Below, in pieces: positions 1 through 13,700 of a stretch of 64,000 nt of DNA (the stretch's first letter is position 1; every line of letters starts with the position of its first letter). The notes beneath the pieces are model-generated. The model was not told the DNA's origin. It saw only the letters and a program-made list of their open reading frames with translations, and made no database searches. The position numbers were made by a program, and so were the translations under genes. Source of the DNA: Nemertoderma westbladi (Eukaryota > Animalia > Xenacoelomorpha); contig JAUCBJ010008331.1 of the NCBI GenBank assembly GCA_032718475.1, positions 1-64,000 of the forward strand, written 5' to 3'.

Positions 1-117
1 AAACACAATAGAACAGGTTACAGTTTTATTTTTGAGAGTAATCAGCTGTTGTTATTTGCGTCCAATTTCCCCTGGAGAGGGATGAATTTTTATTGCGTCC
101 AGTTCCCCCCCCCCCCT
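1..117. mobile_element. Partial copy of a ~240-bp MITE family with poly-C/G-tipped inverted ends
   Basis: AGAACAGGTTACAGTTTTATTTTTGAGAGTAATC...TTTCCCCTGGAG...TGCGTCCAGTTCCCCC; closely related sequence at 44690-44925 (reverse), 53445-53640, 54980-55110 and 25895-26000. Confidence 0.6.
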
Positions 118-1702
118 ATCTTGAAATCAAATACCAAAAATATATTTATTATATGAACAATCTATTTGGAAATTGTAAGTTCGGCCTATATCTTTACCAT
201 AAGCTCAGTATCTTTATCTGGTGTGTTTTTATTATTTTACCAATTATTTAATATGTTTGATAGAATTGAACAACACCGCCCAACACAACCAACTCTCTAT
301 CCGCCTCGAGCATCGAGAATACGAGAAACTCGATCGAAATACCTGCTTATCCCAGTAGTATCCGTCCGTAGTCACCGGACCGCTGCGGTTTACTCCCGTA
401 GAACAGTAGAATTCCCGCAGCTTCCGACCCAATTCGACAACGAATTCGCTTCACACTTTCGCGTCACAGAGAACGTAATCCAGTGCGATAACGTCTGCCC
501 AACGTTCAACCATTTCCCCCAGGCGATCCCAGGATCCGGGCCGCCGCTAAACCCAGATCGCAATCCTCGTCGATTCGTCCAGTCGTCGACGTTATGTCAG
601 TAAGTGGGACTCTTCCCACCGCACTCCAAGGTGGGTGACCGGAGTGAGGCATGAGGAACTTGGCAGTGGCCCGCATTACGATCTGACCGACCGCCGTATT
701 CCCAGTGTCTGAGTGTAGTAAATACCCAAATAGAATCGTACTGACAAACAAGCAATTCCGTAGTATTCCCCCGTTAATCACCTCTTGAAGCAACTCGGCT
801 GCTCGGGTCCAGATACATCGGACTGTCGGGAGCGTTTCAGACAGTAATGGAGCGGCATTTGCGAATATTTCCAATGGTTTTATAATAAATAAGGGGATTC
901 AACAGTTCAATGCTAAAACAAATGGATTATTCCTAACCCCACCCCAATACAGCAATATACCTAACAGTATATAGCTTAGGTACCACAGTCTGACTAGCTT
1001 TAAATATTAGAGTATGAAAATTATTATAGGACCCTCATGGAAACGAGGTATATACCTCATGAGGCTATCCTTACACCAGAACCTTTTATTTAAGTAAATA
1101 AACATTTTATAAGTTGACTATCTACATAAATCAGTATTGGTGCTCCTAAATATCTAGTGTTATTAGGCCTACTTGTACTGTAGGCCTAATATCGTAACGT
1201 AATCTTTATAAATGTATTATTGTGAATTTTAAAAGGTTTAATTATGTGTAAAAAACAATCAATCAATCAAACCATAATCAGCACAGTAAGCCTACGCATG
1301 GGTGGTACCTACGGTGCGCACTACAACGGCTGAACGGCAGTACAGCAATACGGTGTACCGTGCCAATGACTGAATGATTAGCGGTAACTACTGAACTATC
1401 TAAACTATTATATTATTATTACCGGTACTAGGCTAATTAGGCCTAAACTATAATCACCGCAAGGGTTTCCGGGGCCATGTTTAGATTACATGATATGGCA
1501 TGTCTGCAGTGTATGGTACCGGCTGACCTGTATTACAGCCTGACAGTACCGGTACAAATGGTACATGCAGATTGGCAGACAGCCCCTATGTTTTGCAAAA
1601 TTTGTCAGAAAACCAGCTGATTTATCCTACAGTAATAATAATTTAACGCATGTTAATTTTGGATAAATAAATATATTATAACTACAATAACAGTTACACT
1701 GA

Positions 1703-2183
1703 TGCTGCACGAAGGCCCCACGCAAATTCTACTTGGAAAATTTTCAAACTTTTGCCAAACAACATGTGTACCAAGTTTGGATAGATTTCATCAAGGATTG
1801 GCCGAGTTATTAACGTTTAAAATAAAATACTGAAAAAAAACGCGACAGAACGACAGAACGACAGAACGACAGAACGACAGAACGACAGGTTGATTAATGG
1901 TACCACTACGCTAAGGCTCTCTCACTTCGTGGCTCGCCCCACAGAACGACAGGTTGATTAATGGTACCACTACGCTAAGGCTCACTCACTTCGTGGCTCG
2001 CCCCACAGAACGACAGGTTGATTAATGGTACCACTACGCTAAGGCTCACTCACTTCGTGGCTCGCCCCACAGGTTGATTAATGGTACCACTACGCTAAGG
2101 CTCACTCACTTCGTGGCTCGCCCCACAGGTTGATTAATGGTACCACTACGCTAAGGCTCACTCACTTCGTGGCTCGCCCCACA
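1703..2183 (+). mobile_element. 3' portion of a HINE/DINE-1-like element with five tandem copies of its 3' terminus
   Basis: (ACAGAACG)n microsatellite followed by 5 x 55-63-bp CAGGTTGATTAATGGTACCACTACGCTAAGGCTCACTCACTTCGTGGCTCGCCCCA; 1703-1722 is the near-perfect reverse complement of the family's 5' end. Confidence 0.6.
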
Positions 2184-2567
2184 CTAAAGTACATGTCTGG
2201 CAGTTTTGGCTGGCCAGGGGGGGGGGGGGGGGGGGCAATCATTATGGAACACCCGGTAGAGAGATATAGGGCCTTTCTGCAGTAAAATAATGCCCAATAT
2301 GATTCTTGGAATTCACTCTATTTCTTAATAATCATCACTTCCCATTGGTTAAAACTTTACATAGGGCCTTTCGCCTTTCTGCAGTAAAATATTGTCCGCT
2401 GGGATATTGGTCTTCACTTTACCACGCAATAATCATAACTTCCTATTGGTTAAAATGTTCAAAACTTCACCAGCTGATAGAGCATGTCTTAGTGTGGAAT
2501 TGTATAAAAAAGTAAAACCCGACAAAAATCGACTTAGGGCCTTATGATACTTAAGCTACGAATTATA

Positions 2568-4637
2568 ACACGTTCGTGGGGCCTTCGCGCAGCACGAGGC
2601 CCAGTTATGAGATACAAATTAAAATTGTGCGACTGTATCACAAAATCAGGTTATGAGATATTAACCCACACCACCAATTAATCAAAGAAAGGGGGACAGT
2701 ACGTGTTCACCCCTTTTAATCTGCACACCCCCCCCCCCCCCTCCCCCCACCCACCAATACATAACCGCGACATCTACCACCCACGGAAGGGTAGCACGAA
2801 CTTATTTCCAATCGCACGTTAAATATGCAAAGCCAGGTGGTTTATAGGAATATAATAAACGCAGTACTCGTTTTCATTATAAGCCTCTTTGCGTTCGTCC
2901 TGTTTTGTATTTAAATATATTTCTTAAACGCAGGCTAGGACGATCTTTATAATAATAATAACTAGGGATGCGATCAATATGTGAAGCCAGGTGGTTTATA
3001 TAACAATTTAGTCAACGCAGTACTCGTCTTCATTATATGCCTCGTTGCGCTCGTCGCTTGTCCTGTTTTGTCATAAAATATTTTTCCTAAACGCAGACTG
3101 ACGATCTTTATACAGTTATAACTATGCGAAGTTTCGAAACTGTGCGAGTAACTGTTGATACATCTATGTGGAGATGTGTGATATGTGGAGATGTGTGATA
3201 CAACGCCAACGCATCTTATGCCGATGTAGTAATATGGGTATTGAAATAATATTAAATCAATGTACACTCTTAAAGCTGCAGCGAAAAAATGTAGAAGCCT
3301 CTTTGCGTTCGTCATGTTTTGTATTTAAATATATTTCTTAAACGCAGGCTAGGACGATCTTTATAATAATAATAACTAGGGATGCGATCAATATGTGAAG
3401 CCAGGTGGTTTATATAACAATTTAGTCAACGCAGTACTCGTCTTCATTATATGCCTCGTTGCGCTCGTCGCTTGTCCTGTTTTGTCATAAAATATTTTTC
3501 CTAAACGCAGACTGACGATCTTTATACAGTTATAACTATGCGAAGTTTCGAAACTGTGCGAGTAACTGTTGATACATCTATGTGGAGATGTGTGATATGT
3601 GGAGATGTGTGATACAACGCCAACGCATCTTATGCCGATGTAGTAATATGGGTATTGAAATAATATTAAATCAATGTACACTCTTAAAGCTGCAGCGAAA
3701 AAATGTAGCTAATTTCCTAGGTTACATATAAAATAATAATATTATTTTTAAGAACATTAATTTTACTACTTTGCAAAAATTCAATTAAAAAATAACCAGA
3801 CATATACATTGTGGAATAAACTATTTCAGAAGCCTACACAACAGCCATGCCATGGATTGTATTTATGTTATTATATCTGTCATTTACCTGAGATAGCAAT
3901 ACAACACTTATAGTAGAGTCAATACAGGAAGGATGTTGGGATATTGGATTTCAAGAATGATGTCTGGGCTGGAATAGCAATACTGGTTGCCTATTACAGT
4001 ACAATTCCTCTCTGGTTAGTCTACAGCCACAACTCCAAGCCAGCTAGCTCCACACCAGCAGAGACTTGACCAATAATCATTCCCAGCAAATAGCTGCCTT
4101 ACACACACATCCTTCCATCGTACCAGCATGTTAGCCAATAAATGAGCAGTATTTAATGAGAATCAATTTTTTATGACGTTTTAATTACTTTAGATCAATT
4201 AAAGACACAATTAATAAAGCAAATCACTTGAACTAATTAAAAACTATAATAGAATGGCGTATGTGGATTACATCTGTATAATTTTTAAGTATAATTATTT
4301 AAATCTTATACTGTAAAACAATTAATTTCCTTTAAAAGGCAGGTTGAAAATGGTGTTTTTACCGTAATCAACTTAATTAACTAATTAACTGCTATTATCT
4401 TAGCTTCTCGAAGGCCACACGGAAATTCTACTTGGAAAATTTCTAAACTTTTGCCAAACAACATGTGTACCAAGTTTGGATAGATTTCATCAAAGATTGG
4501 CTGAGTTATTAACGTTTAAAATTGGACGCGACAGAACGACAGAACGACAGAACGACAGAACGACAGAACGACAGAACGACAGGTCGATTAATGGTACCAC
4601 TACGCTAAGGCTCACTCACTTCGTGGCTCGCCCCACA
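2568..4637 (+). mobile_element. Full HINE-like non-autonomous element with an internal 414-bp tandem duplication
   Basis: Starts ACACGTTCGTGGGCCTTCGCGCAGCACGAGGCCC, ends TTCGTGGCTCGCCCCACA; ACAGAACG microsatellite near the 3' end; near-identical to 6253-7953; ORFs 2974-3315 and 3388-3681 are offset by 414 bp. Confidence 0.65.
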
Positions 4638-5461
4638 TATAAAATAATAATATTATTTTTAAGAACATTAATTTTACTACTTTGCAAAAATTCAATTAAA
4701 AAATAACCAGACATATACATTGTGGAATAAACTATTTCAGATAAGCCTACACAACAGCCATGTCATGGATGGTATTTATGTTATTATATCTGTCATTTAC
4801 CTGAGATAGCGATACAACACTTATAGTAGAGTCAATACAGGAAAGATGTTGGGATGTTGGAATGCTGCCTGGGCTGGAATAGCAATACTGGTTGCCTATT
4901 ACAGTACAATTCCTCTCTGGTTAGTCTACAGCCACAACTCCAAGCTAGCTCCACACCAGCAGAGACATGACCAATAATCATTCCCAGCAACTAGCTGCTG
5001 CCTTACACACACATCCTTCCATCGTACCAGCATGTTAGCCAATAAATGAGCAGTATTTAATGAGAATCAATTTTTTATGACGTTTTAATTACTTTAGATC
5101 AATTAAAGATACAATTAATAAAGCAAATCACTTGAACTAATTAAAAACTATAATAGAATGGGGTATGTGGATTACATCTGTATAATTTTTAATTATAATT
5201 ATTTAAATCTTATACTGTAAAACAATTAATTTCCTTTAAAAGGCAGGTTGAAAATGGTGTTTTTACCGTAATAACTTAATTAACTAATTAACTGCTATTA
5301 TCTTAGCTTCTCGAAGGCCACAAGGAAATTCTACTTGGAAAATTTCTAAACTTTTGCCAAACAACATGTGTACCAAGTTTGGATAGATTTCATCAAAGAT
5401 TGGCCGAGTTATTAACGTTTAAAATTGAACACTGCAAAAAAAGCGACAGAACGACAGAACG
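4638..5461 (+). mobile_element. Truncated HINE-like copy (3' half), joined head-to-tail
   Basis: Repeats ~3727-4570 with substitutions and ends inside the ACAGAACG microsatellite, fused directly to the next 5' end. Confidence 0.6.
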
Positions 5462-5990
5462 ACACGTTCGTGGGGCCTTCGCGCAGCACGAGGCCCATTT
5501 ATGAGATACAAATTAAAATTGAGCGACTGTATCACAAAATCAGGTTTTGAGAAATTTACCCACACCACCAATCAATCCAAGAAAGGGGGACAGTACGTGT
5601 TCACCCCTCTTAATCTCTCCACCCCCCCCCCCCCCCCACCCTTCCCAACCACCAATACATAACCGCGACATCTACCACCCACGGAAGGGTAGAACGAACT
5701 TATTTCCAATCGCACGTTCAATATGCAAAGCCAGGTGGTGTATAGGAATATAATCAACGCCGTACTCGTCTTAATTATTATAAGCGTCGTTGCGCTCGTC
5801 CTGTTTTGTATTTAAATATATTTCGTAAACGCAGACTGGCAATCTTTATAACTATGGATACGTGCAATATGCGAAACCAGGAATGGTTTATAGGAATATA
5901 ATCAATGCAGAACGCAGTACTAAATGCAGTCGATGCAGTAATGATATTCAAATAATTAATTTAATACCAGTACCCTCTGTTAATGCCTCA
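5462..5990 (+). mobile_element. Diverged 5' portion of a HINE-like element
   Basis: Begins ACACGTTCGTGGGGCCTTCG; similarity to the 6253 copy decays after ~5900 (right boundary approximate). Confidence 0.55.
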
Positions 5991-6252
5991 GTGTAAAAAC
6001 TTAGACAATTCAACTACAAAGAAATCCCATCAAAAAATAATAAGCCCAATATTTATGAGGAAAAAACAAGTATGGATATACAGTAAATAAGTCTTCTGCA
6101 GTGGTAAAATGTTATTGACTGACATTTATTAAACGAGATCTGTCTAACACACAATAACACAATAATAGACTGAATAGTAGGGAATTCAGATTTCCATCTC
6201 GTTAGCTAGCTATGGCCAATCTGTCTACCGGCCTGTACACATGTGGTTACTT

Positions 6253-7953
6253 ACACGTTCGTGGGGCCTTCGCGCAGCACGAGGCCCAGTTATTAGATAC
6301 AAATTAAAATTGAGCGACTGTATCACAAAATCAGGTTTTGAGAAATTTACCCACACCACCAATCAATCAAAGAAAGGCGGACAGTACGTGTTCACCCCTC
6401 TTAATCCCCCCCCCCCCCCCCACCCTTCCCAACCACCAATACATAACCGGGACATCTACCACCCACGGAAGGGTAGCACGAACTTATTTCCAATCGCACG
6501 TTAAATATGCAAAGCCAGGTGGTTTATAGGAATATAATAAACGCAGTACTCGTTTTCATTATAAGCCTCTTTGCGTTCGTCCTGTTTTGTATTTAAATAT
6601 ATTTCTTAAACGCAGGCTAGGACGATCTTTATAATAATAATAACTAGGGATGCGATCAATATGTGAAGCCAGGTGGTTTATATAACAATTTAGTCAACGC
6701 AGTACTCGTCTTCATTATATGCCTCGTTGCGCTCGTCGCTTGTCCTGTTTTGTCATAAAATATTTTTCCTAAACGCAGACTGACGATCTTTATACAGTTA
6801 TAACTATGCGAAGTTTCGAAACTGTGCGAGTAACTGTTGATATATCTATGTGGAGATGTGTGATATGTGGAGATGTGTGATACAACGCCAACGCATCTTA
6901 TGCCGATGTAGTAATATGGGTATTAAAATAATATTAAATCAATGTACACTCTTAAAGCTGCAGCGAAAAAATGTAGCTAATTTCCTAGGTTACATATAAA
7001 ATAATAATATTATTTTTAAGAACATTAATTTTACTACTTTGCAAAAATTCAATTAAAAAATAACCAGACATATACATTGTGGAATAAACTATTTCAGAAG
7101 CCTACACAACAGCCATGCCATGGATTGTATTTATGTTATTATATCTGTCATTTACCTGAGATAGCAATACAACACTTATAGTAGAGTCAATACAGGAAGG
7201 ATGTTGGGATGTTGGATTTCAAGAATGATGTCTGGGCTGGAATAGCAATACTGGTTGCCTATTACAGTACAATTCCTCTCTGGTTAGTCTACAGCCACAA
7301 CTCCAAGCCAGCTAGCTCCACACCAGCAGAGACTTGACCAATAATCATTCCCAGCAACTAGCTGCCTTACACACACATCCTTCCATCGTACCAGCATGTT
7401 AGCCAATAAATGAGCAGTATTTAATGAGAATCAATTTTTTATGACGTTTTAATTACTTTAGATCAATTAAAGACACAATTAATAAAGCAAATCACTTGAA
7501 CTAATTAAAAACTATAATAGAATGGCGTATGTGGATTACATCTGTATAATTTTTAAGTATAATTATTTAAATCTTATACTGTAAAACAATTAATTTCCTT
7601 TAAAAGGCAGGTTGAAAATGGTGTTTTTACCGTAATCAACTTAATTAACTAATTAACTGCTATTATCTTAGCTTCTCGAAGGCCACACGGAAATTCTACT
7701 TGGAAAATTTCTAAACTTTTGCCAAACAACATGTGTACCAAGTTTGGATAGATTTCATCAAAGATTGGCTGAGTTATTAACGTTTAAAATTGGACGCGAC
7801 AGAACGACAGAACGACAGAACGACAGAACGACAGGTTGATTAATGGTACCACTACGCTAAGGCTCACTCACTTCGTGGCTCGCCCCACAGAACGACAGGT
7901 TGATTAATGGTACCACTACGCTAAGGCTCACTCACTTCGTGGCTCGCCCCACA
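6253..7953 (+). mobile_element. Full ~1.7-kb HINE-like element with a duplicated 3' terminus
   Basis: Same 5' and 3' termini as the 2568 copy, internal inverted copy of the 5' motif (CGAAGGCCACACG at ~7677), microsatellite, and two tandem 3' end units. Confidence 0.65.
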
Positions 7954-7959
7954 ACTTAC

Positions 7960-8065
7960 CTCGAAATACTTCTGTTCTTTCTGTTTCATCTCCAGAAAAT
8001 CCGGAATTATTGCAGCGTTCGTGTTCCTCCCGGGTTAGCCGTGTTATGGGAATATTAATAATTCG
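7960..8065 (-). other. Putative exon of an unidentified minus-strand gene
   Basis: Minus strand: T-rich tract ...GTTGATCAG| acceptor and consensus GAG|GTAAGT donor; frames RIINIPITRLTREEHERCNNSGFSGDETERTEVFR or ATG-KQKEQKYFE; product not recognised. Confidence 0.3.
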
Positions 8066-8739
8066 CTGATCAACATTGAATAATAAAAAACCACAAAAAA
8101 TAATAATTATTGTGTTATTGAAACTACTAAGTAAGGTCGCACAAGTTATTATAATAGCCAATATGTAAATTACATACTCGTAATAAGTAGGCCAAGGCAT
8201 GGTCTCTACAACTATGAGTTTGTGTACATATAAGTTAACTTATCTTTTTACTTTGGCGAAACTAATTCATCAAGCTATGGGGTGACAAGACATTAATAAG
8301 GTCACAAAGGTGTTGGATCTTCTTCTGTTGCTCAACAACAAAGTGATAATTAATATTGTGTTATGCAAATAACGTATCTAAATACTTACATATATAGAAA
8401 GTTGAAAATTCTTGGTAATTAGCGCGTTTACTTTTATTGGGAGGTTTTGACATACGGGGTAGTAGGCCTATGTCCCTTGGCATTTTGTAGCGGGTTCAAT
8501 TCAATTCCGGGTAACTCATTTATAACCTGGATAACAACGTTCGATGGAAAAAGGCTTTGATTTCTTTCGGAAGTGAGAATACAAACTAAACTTTATAAAC
8601 ACATCACGAATTGTTGAGGTAAACGAATATAATTACTTTTCTTCAGTAATCGAAATTCTTCATTTTCTTCATTAATTTTCTTAAAGTTCATTTTTTTTTT
8701 AAATACTTAGATAGTTTGATGTTTTGTGTCCGACTGTGT

Positions 8740-8965
8740 GTTACGCATCTCCAATCAGATTACTGTATATACAACATTGGAGGTGTTTCGTGAGTCTCCC
8801 CTAGCTTGACACCTAAATAAAGCCGCCTCCGCTTTGCAGAACATTATTTTAGCCGCGAGGACCAGCCAGTGCACAATCTTGTGCTTTGGCTGCCTCATGT
8901 AGTGGATACGTTTGGTGGCCAGCCTGTGACTTTCTTGAAGTTGCGGATAATCTCGAGAATCACAC
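8740..8965 (+). mobile_element. Degenerate RTE-clade LINE 3' fragment
   Basis: CGCCTCCGCTTTGCAG...ACAATCTTGTGCTTTGGC shared with 22680-23110, 44360-44625 and 48310-48950 (RLRFAGHC motif region). Confidence 0.6.
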
Positions 8966-9239
8966 ACTGGGAATAGGGGTTCAAGTTGTGGCCGTCGCGA
9001 CGCAAGTAAAATTTCTAAACTTTTGATCGACTAACTACTGTAGGCCTATTGACTACTGTAGGCCTACTGACAACTGAAGGTCATCCTATGTGTAGTACTC
9101 TGAATTCTGGTTAATTGTAGATGGTTCACAAAGATATTTTTTCTAGCACTTACCAGGATTTAACTTATTATAATTGTAGTTGGGCACAGCATAGCAAATT
9201 CGGCAATGACCTCCTGGCATTATTTCCAGGTCTACCACT

Positions 9240-9320
9240 GAGCCGCTGTTGTAATGATTAGAGCGCCTGACGTCCAACCTGGAGGTCACCAGTTCGATCC
9301 CGCGTGGACGTCGTTGCCGA
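9240..9320 (+). mobile_element. tRNA-derived SINE-like repeat or tRNA pseudogene
   Basis: A-box-like TGTAATGATTAGAGCG and B-box GTTCGATCC at tRNA spacing; the acceptor stem does not pair. Confidence 0.4.
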
Positions 9321-10732
9321 ATTTGCTTAGTTGTTGCCAACGAAAATTATCAATAACCAATCAAACTTCAACAATAATTACAAAAGATTCAGGTTGAACT
9401 CAATTAATACTTTGGAAGTTGGAGAAATTGTTTAATTTTGAGAATAATTACTACCGGTATACAGTAATTGTATTCAATGACCATCAGCCTAATTAGAAGC
9501 TGAATAAGTCGCGATTCCTGGCAGATACCGCGATAATGGTCGTAGTTGTTTAATTGGTTTATTACCCAGTAATCCTTCCATATTAACTAAATCTAAATAA
9601 TACAATATTTATGATCTTACCACAACATTAATAAAATTTCTCATGTTATTTTCATTAAGTTTAGCATTAAAAACAGTTGGAAAAGGACCATATGTGAACT
9701 TTCCCATGTTCTCATATGTAAGTCCATAACCACAAGGCGAAGGTACATAATAGAAACCAGTATGGTTCAAAGGTCAAATTTTACAATTGGAATGTATGTA
9801 TGCTTATATGCTTACTCTTAATTAATTTATTATGTTAGCCATAACGATCGACTAATTCTTATTACTTAGTATGTTTGCGTAATTGCAGTGAATTTATGCG
9901 CGGCGATCACGGGCAGTGGTGTGGTGCGTTAGATTGATTGATTTTCATTATGCGGTGATATTTTGAGTAAACCCTATGCGTAAAAGAGAGTTGATTTCAG
10001 TTTGTGTTATCTAATCTATTCTAAAGAAATTATTGCCATACTGTATGTAGGCGTAGTGTTACACTGTGTACGTACATGGTGGTAGGTAAGTTCATTAAAT
10101 ACATATGTGTCACAGCGTTTAAGTAAAGAACTTTAAAAACCAATTTAAAATAATTCATGAGGAATTACTTATAGGTTCAATCACTTTTAGTGATTACTTC
10201 ATTATATATTAGTTACAGTACTTCATTAAAGATATACTCTAAGTGTTAACCTATTAAAATTCAACAATATTTAACTATGACTCTACCCATATATATACTA
10301 TAAAGTGGTGAATATTTTATATCTGTATAAATATTGAGATTGAATTCTCAATGTTAGCAGCCACATTCTGATGTCAAACAAATTTTTGACGAATATTTGC
10401 CCTTTTTTAATATTCTGATCACTTTTCTTCCTTCCGACAGACTGGCTGTCCGATCAACCGATACATCCCCCCCCCCCCGCCCACCTTCTGAAGCCGAAAA
10501 TATAAAAAAAAATACTAAAAAAAAATTTAATTTTCATCCATTATCGCTACAAAGAATGTAATAACCACAAAAAGCAGATCCATCTATACTAATATTTATT
10601 TATTTATTTCGGGGTGGGTGCGATTCTGCGATATCGGATAACCTTCGCAATTATTCGAGGAACCCCCATTGCCTCAGTGGGTCCAAGCAAAAGTGGAGAA
10701 GTGGACTTGTGCCGGTTTGCCACGACAGTGAT

Positions 10733-13700
10733 CATAAACTGGTAACTGTAACATAATCTGGTAACTGTAACATAAACTGGTAACTGTAACATAAACTGGT
10801 AACTGTAACATAAACTGGTAACTGTAACATAAACTGGTAACTGTAACATACACTGGTTTTGTAACATAAACTGGTTAATATAACATAAACTGGTAACTGA
10901 AACATAAACTGGTAACTGTGACAGAAACTGGTTACTGTAACATAAACTGGCAACTGTGACATAAACTGGTAACTGTAACATAAACTGTTTACTTTAACAT
11001 AAACTGGTAACTGTAACATAAACTGGTAACTGTAACATAAACTGGTTAGTTTAACATAAACTGGTAACTGTAACATAAACTGGTAACTGTAACAGAAACT
11101 GGTTACTGTAACATAAACTGGCAACTGTGACATATATTGGTTAAAGTAACATGCAACCTATAACATTAACATAAACTGGCAACTGTGACATAAACTGGTT
11201 ACTTTAACATAAACTGGTAACTGTAACATAAACTGGTAACTGTAACATAAACTGGTTACTGTTACATAAACTGGTAACTGTAACATATACTGGTTTTGTA
11301 ACATAAACTGGATACTGTAATATAAACTGGTAACTGTAACATAAACTGGTAACTGTGACATATACTGGTTAATATAACATAAACTGGTTACTGTAACATA
11401 AACTGGTAACTGTAACAGAAACTGGTTACTGTAACATAAACTGGCAACTGTGACATAAACTGGTTACTTTAACATAAACTGGTAACTGTAACATAAACTG
11501 GTAACTGTAACATAAACTGGTTAGTTTAACATAAACTGGTAACTGTAACATAAACTGGCAACTGTAACAGAAACTGGTTACTGTAACATAAACTGGCAAC
11601 TGTGACATAAACTGGTTACTTTAACATAAACTGGTAACTGTAACAGAAACTGGTAACTGTAACATAAACTGGTTACTGTTACATAAACTGGTTACCGTAA
11701 CATATACTGGTAACTGTAACATAAACTGGTTACTGTAACATAAACTGGTAACTGTAACATAAACTGGTAACTGTGACATATACTGGTTACTCTGTAACAT
11801 AAAATGGTTACCGTAACATAAACTGGTAACTGTAACATAAACTGTTTACTGTAACATAAACTGGTAACTGTAATATAAACTGGTAACTGTGACATATACT
11901 GGTTACTGTAACATAAACTGTTAACTGTAACATAAACTGGTAACTGTGACATAAACTGGTAACTGTGACATAAACTGGTTACTGTAACATAAACTGGTTA
12001 CCGTAACATATACTGGTAACTGTAACATAAACTGGTTACTGTAACATAAACTGGTAACTGTAACATAAACTGGTAACTATGACATATACTGGTAACTCTG
12101 TAACATAAAATTGTTACCGTAACATAAACTGGTAACTGTAACATAAACTGTTTACTGTAACATAAACTGGTAACTGTAACATAAACTTGTAACTGTAACA
12201 TAAACTGGTAACTGTTACATCTACTGGTTACTGTAACATAAACTGGTAACTCTGACATATACTGGTTACTGTAACATAAACTGGTAACTGTGACATATAC
12301 TGGTTACTCTGTAACATAAACTGGTAACTGTGACATATACTGGTTTCTGTAACATATACTGGTTACTGTAACATAAACTGGTAGCTGTAACATAAACTGG
12401 TAACTGTGACATATACTGGTTACTGTGACATAAACTGGTAACTGTAGCATAAACTGGTAACTGTGACATATACTGGTAACTGTTACATAAACTGGTAACT
12501 GTAACATAAACTGGTAACTGTAACATAAACTGGTAACTGTAACATAAACTGTTTACTGTAACATAAACTGTTAACTGTAACATAAACTGGTAACTGTGAC
12601 ATACTGGTTACTCTGTAACATAAAATGGTTACCATAACATAAACTTGTAACTGTAACATAAACTGTTTACTGTAACATAAACTGGTAACTGTAACATAAA
12701 CTGGTAACTGTGACATATACTGGTTACTGTAACATAAACTGTTAACTGTAACATAAACTGGTAACTGTGACATAAACTGGTAACTGTGACATAAACTGGT
12801 TACTGTAACATAAACTGGTTACCGTAACATATACTGGTAACTGTAACATAAACTGGTTACTGTAACATAAACTGGTAACTGTAACATAAACTGGTAACTG
12901 TGACATATACTGGTAACTCTGTAACATAAAATTGTTACCGTAACATAAACTGGTAACTGTAACATAAACTGTTTACTGTAACATAAACTGGTAACTGTAA
13001 CATAAACTGGTAACTGTAACATAAACTGGTAACTGTTACATCTACTGGTTACTGTAACATAAACTGGTAACTCTGACATATACTGGTTACTGTAACATAA
13101 ACTGGTAACTGTGACATATACTGGTTACTCTGTAACATAAACTGGTAACTGTGACATATACTGGTTTCTGTAACATATACTGGTTACTGTAACATAAACT
13201 GGTAGCTGTAACATAAACTGGTAACTGTGACATATACTGGTTACTGTGACATAAACTGGTAACTGTAGCATAAACTGGTAACTGTGACATATACTGGTAA
13301 CTGTTACATAAACTGGTAACTGTAACATAAACTGGTAACTGTAACATAAACTGGTACCTGTAACATAAACTGTTTACTGTAACATAAACTGTTAACTGTA
13401 ACATAAACTGGTAACTGTGACATACTGGTTACTCTGTAACATAAAATGGTTACCATAACATAAACTTGTAACTGTAACATAAACTGTTTACTGTAACATA
13501 AACTGGTAACTGTAACATAAACTGGTAACTGTGACATATACTGGTTACTGTAACATAAACTGGTTTCTGTAACATAAACTGGCAACTGTAACATAACAGG
13601 TTACTGTAACATAAACTGGTAACTGTGACATATACTGGTTACTGTAACATAAACTGGTTACTGTAACATAAACTGGTAACTGTGAAATACTGGTTACTGT

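Noticed and set aside
1886-2183. CRISPR-like direct repeats
   Set aside because: No unique spacers, no cas genes and a eukaryotic context; these are reiterated element termini
2217-2236. Long G/C homopolymers here and at 15796, 25895, 37242, 44679 and 55070 as G-quadruplex regulators
   Set aside because: Several coincide with MITE ends, homopolymer lengths are unreliable and there is no independent support
9240-9320. Functional tRNA genes (also at 46790, 48149 and 49411)
   Set aside because: A and B boxes are present but acceptor and anticodon stems do not close; treated as SINE-like
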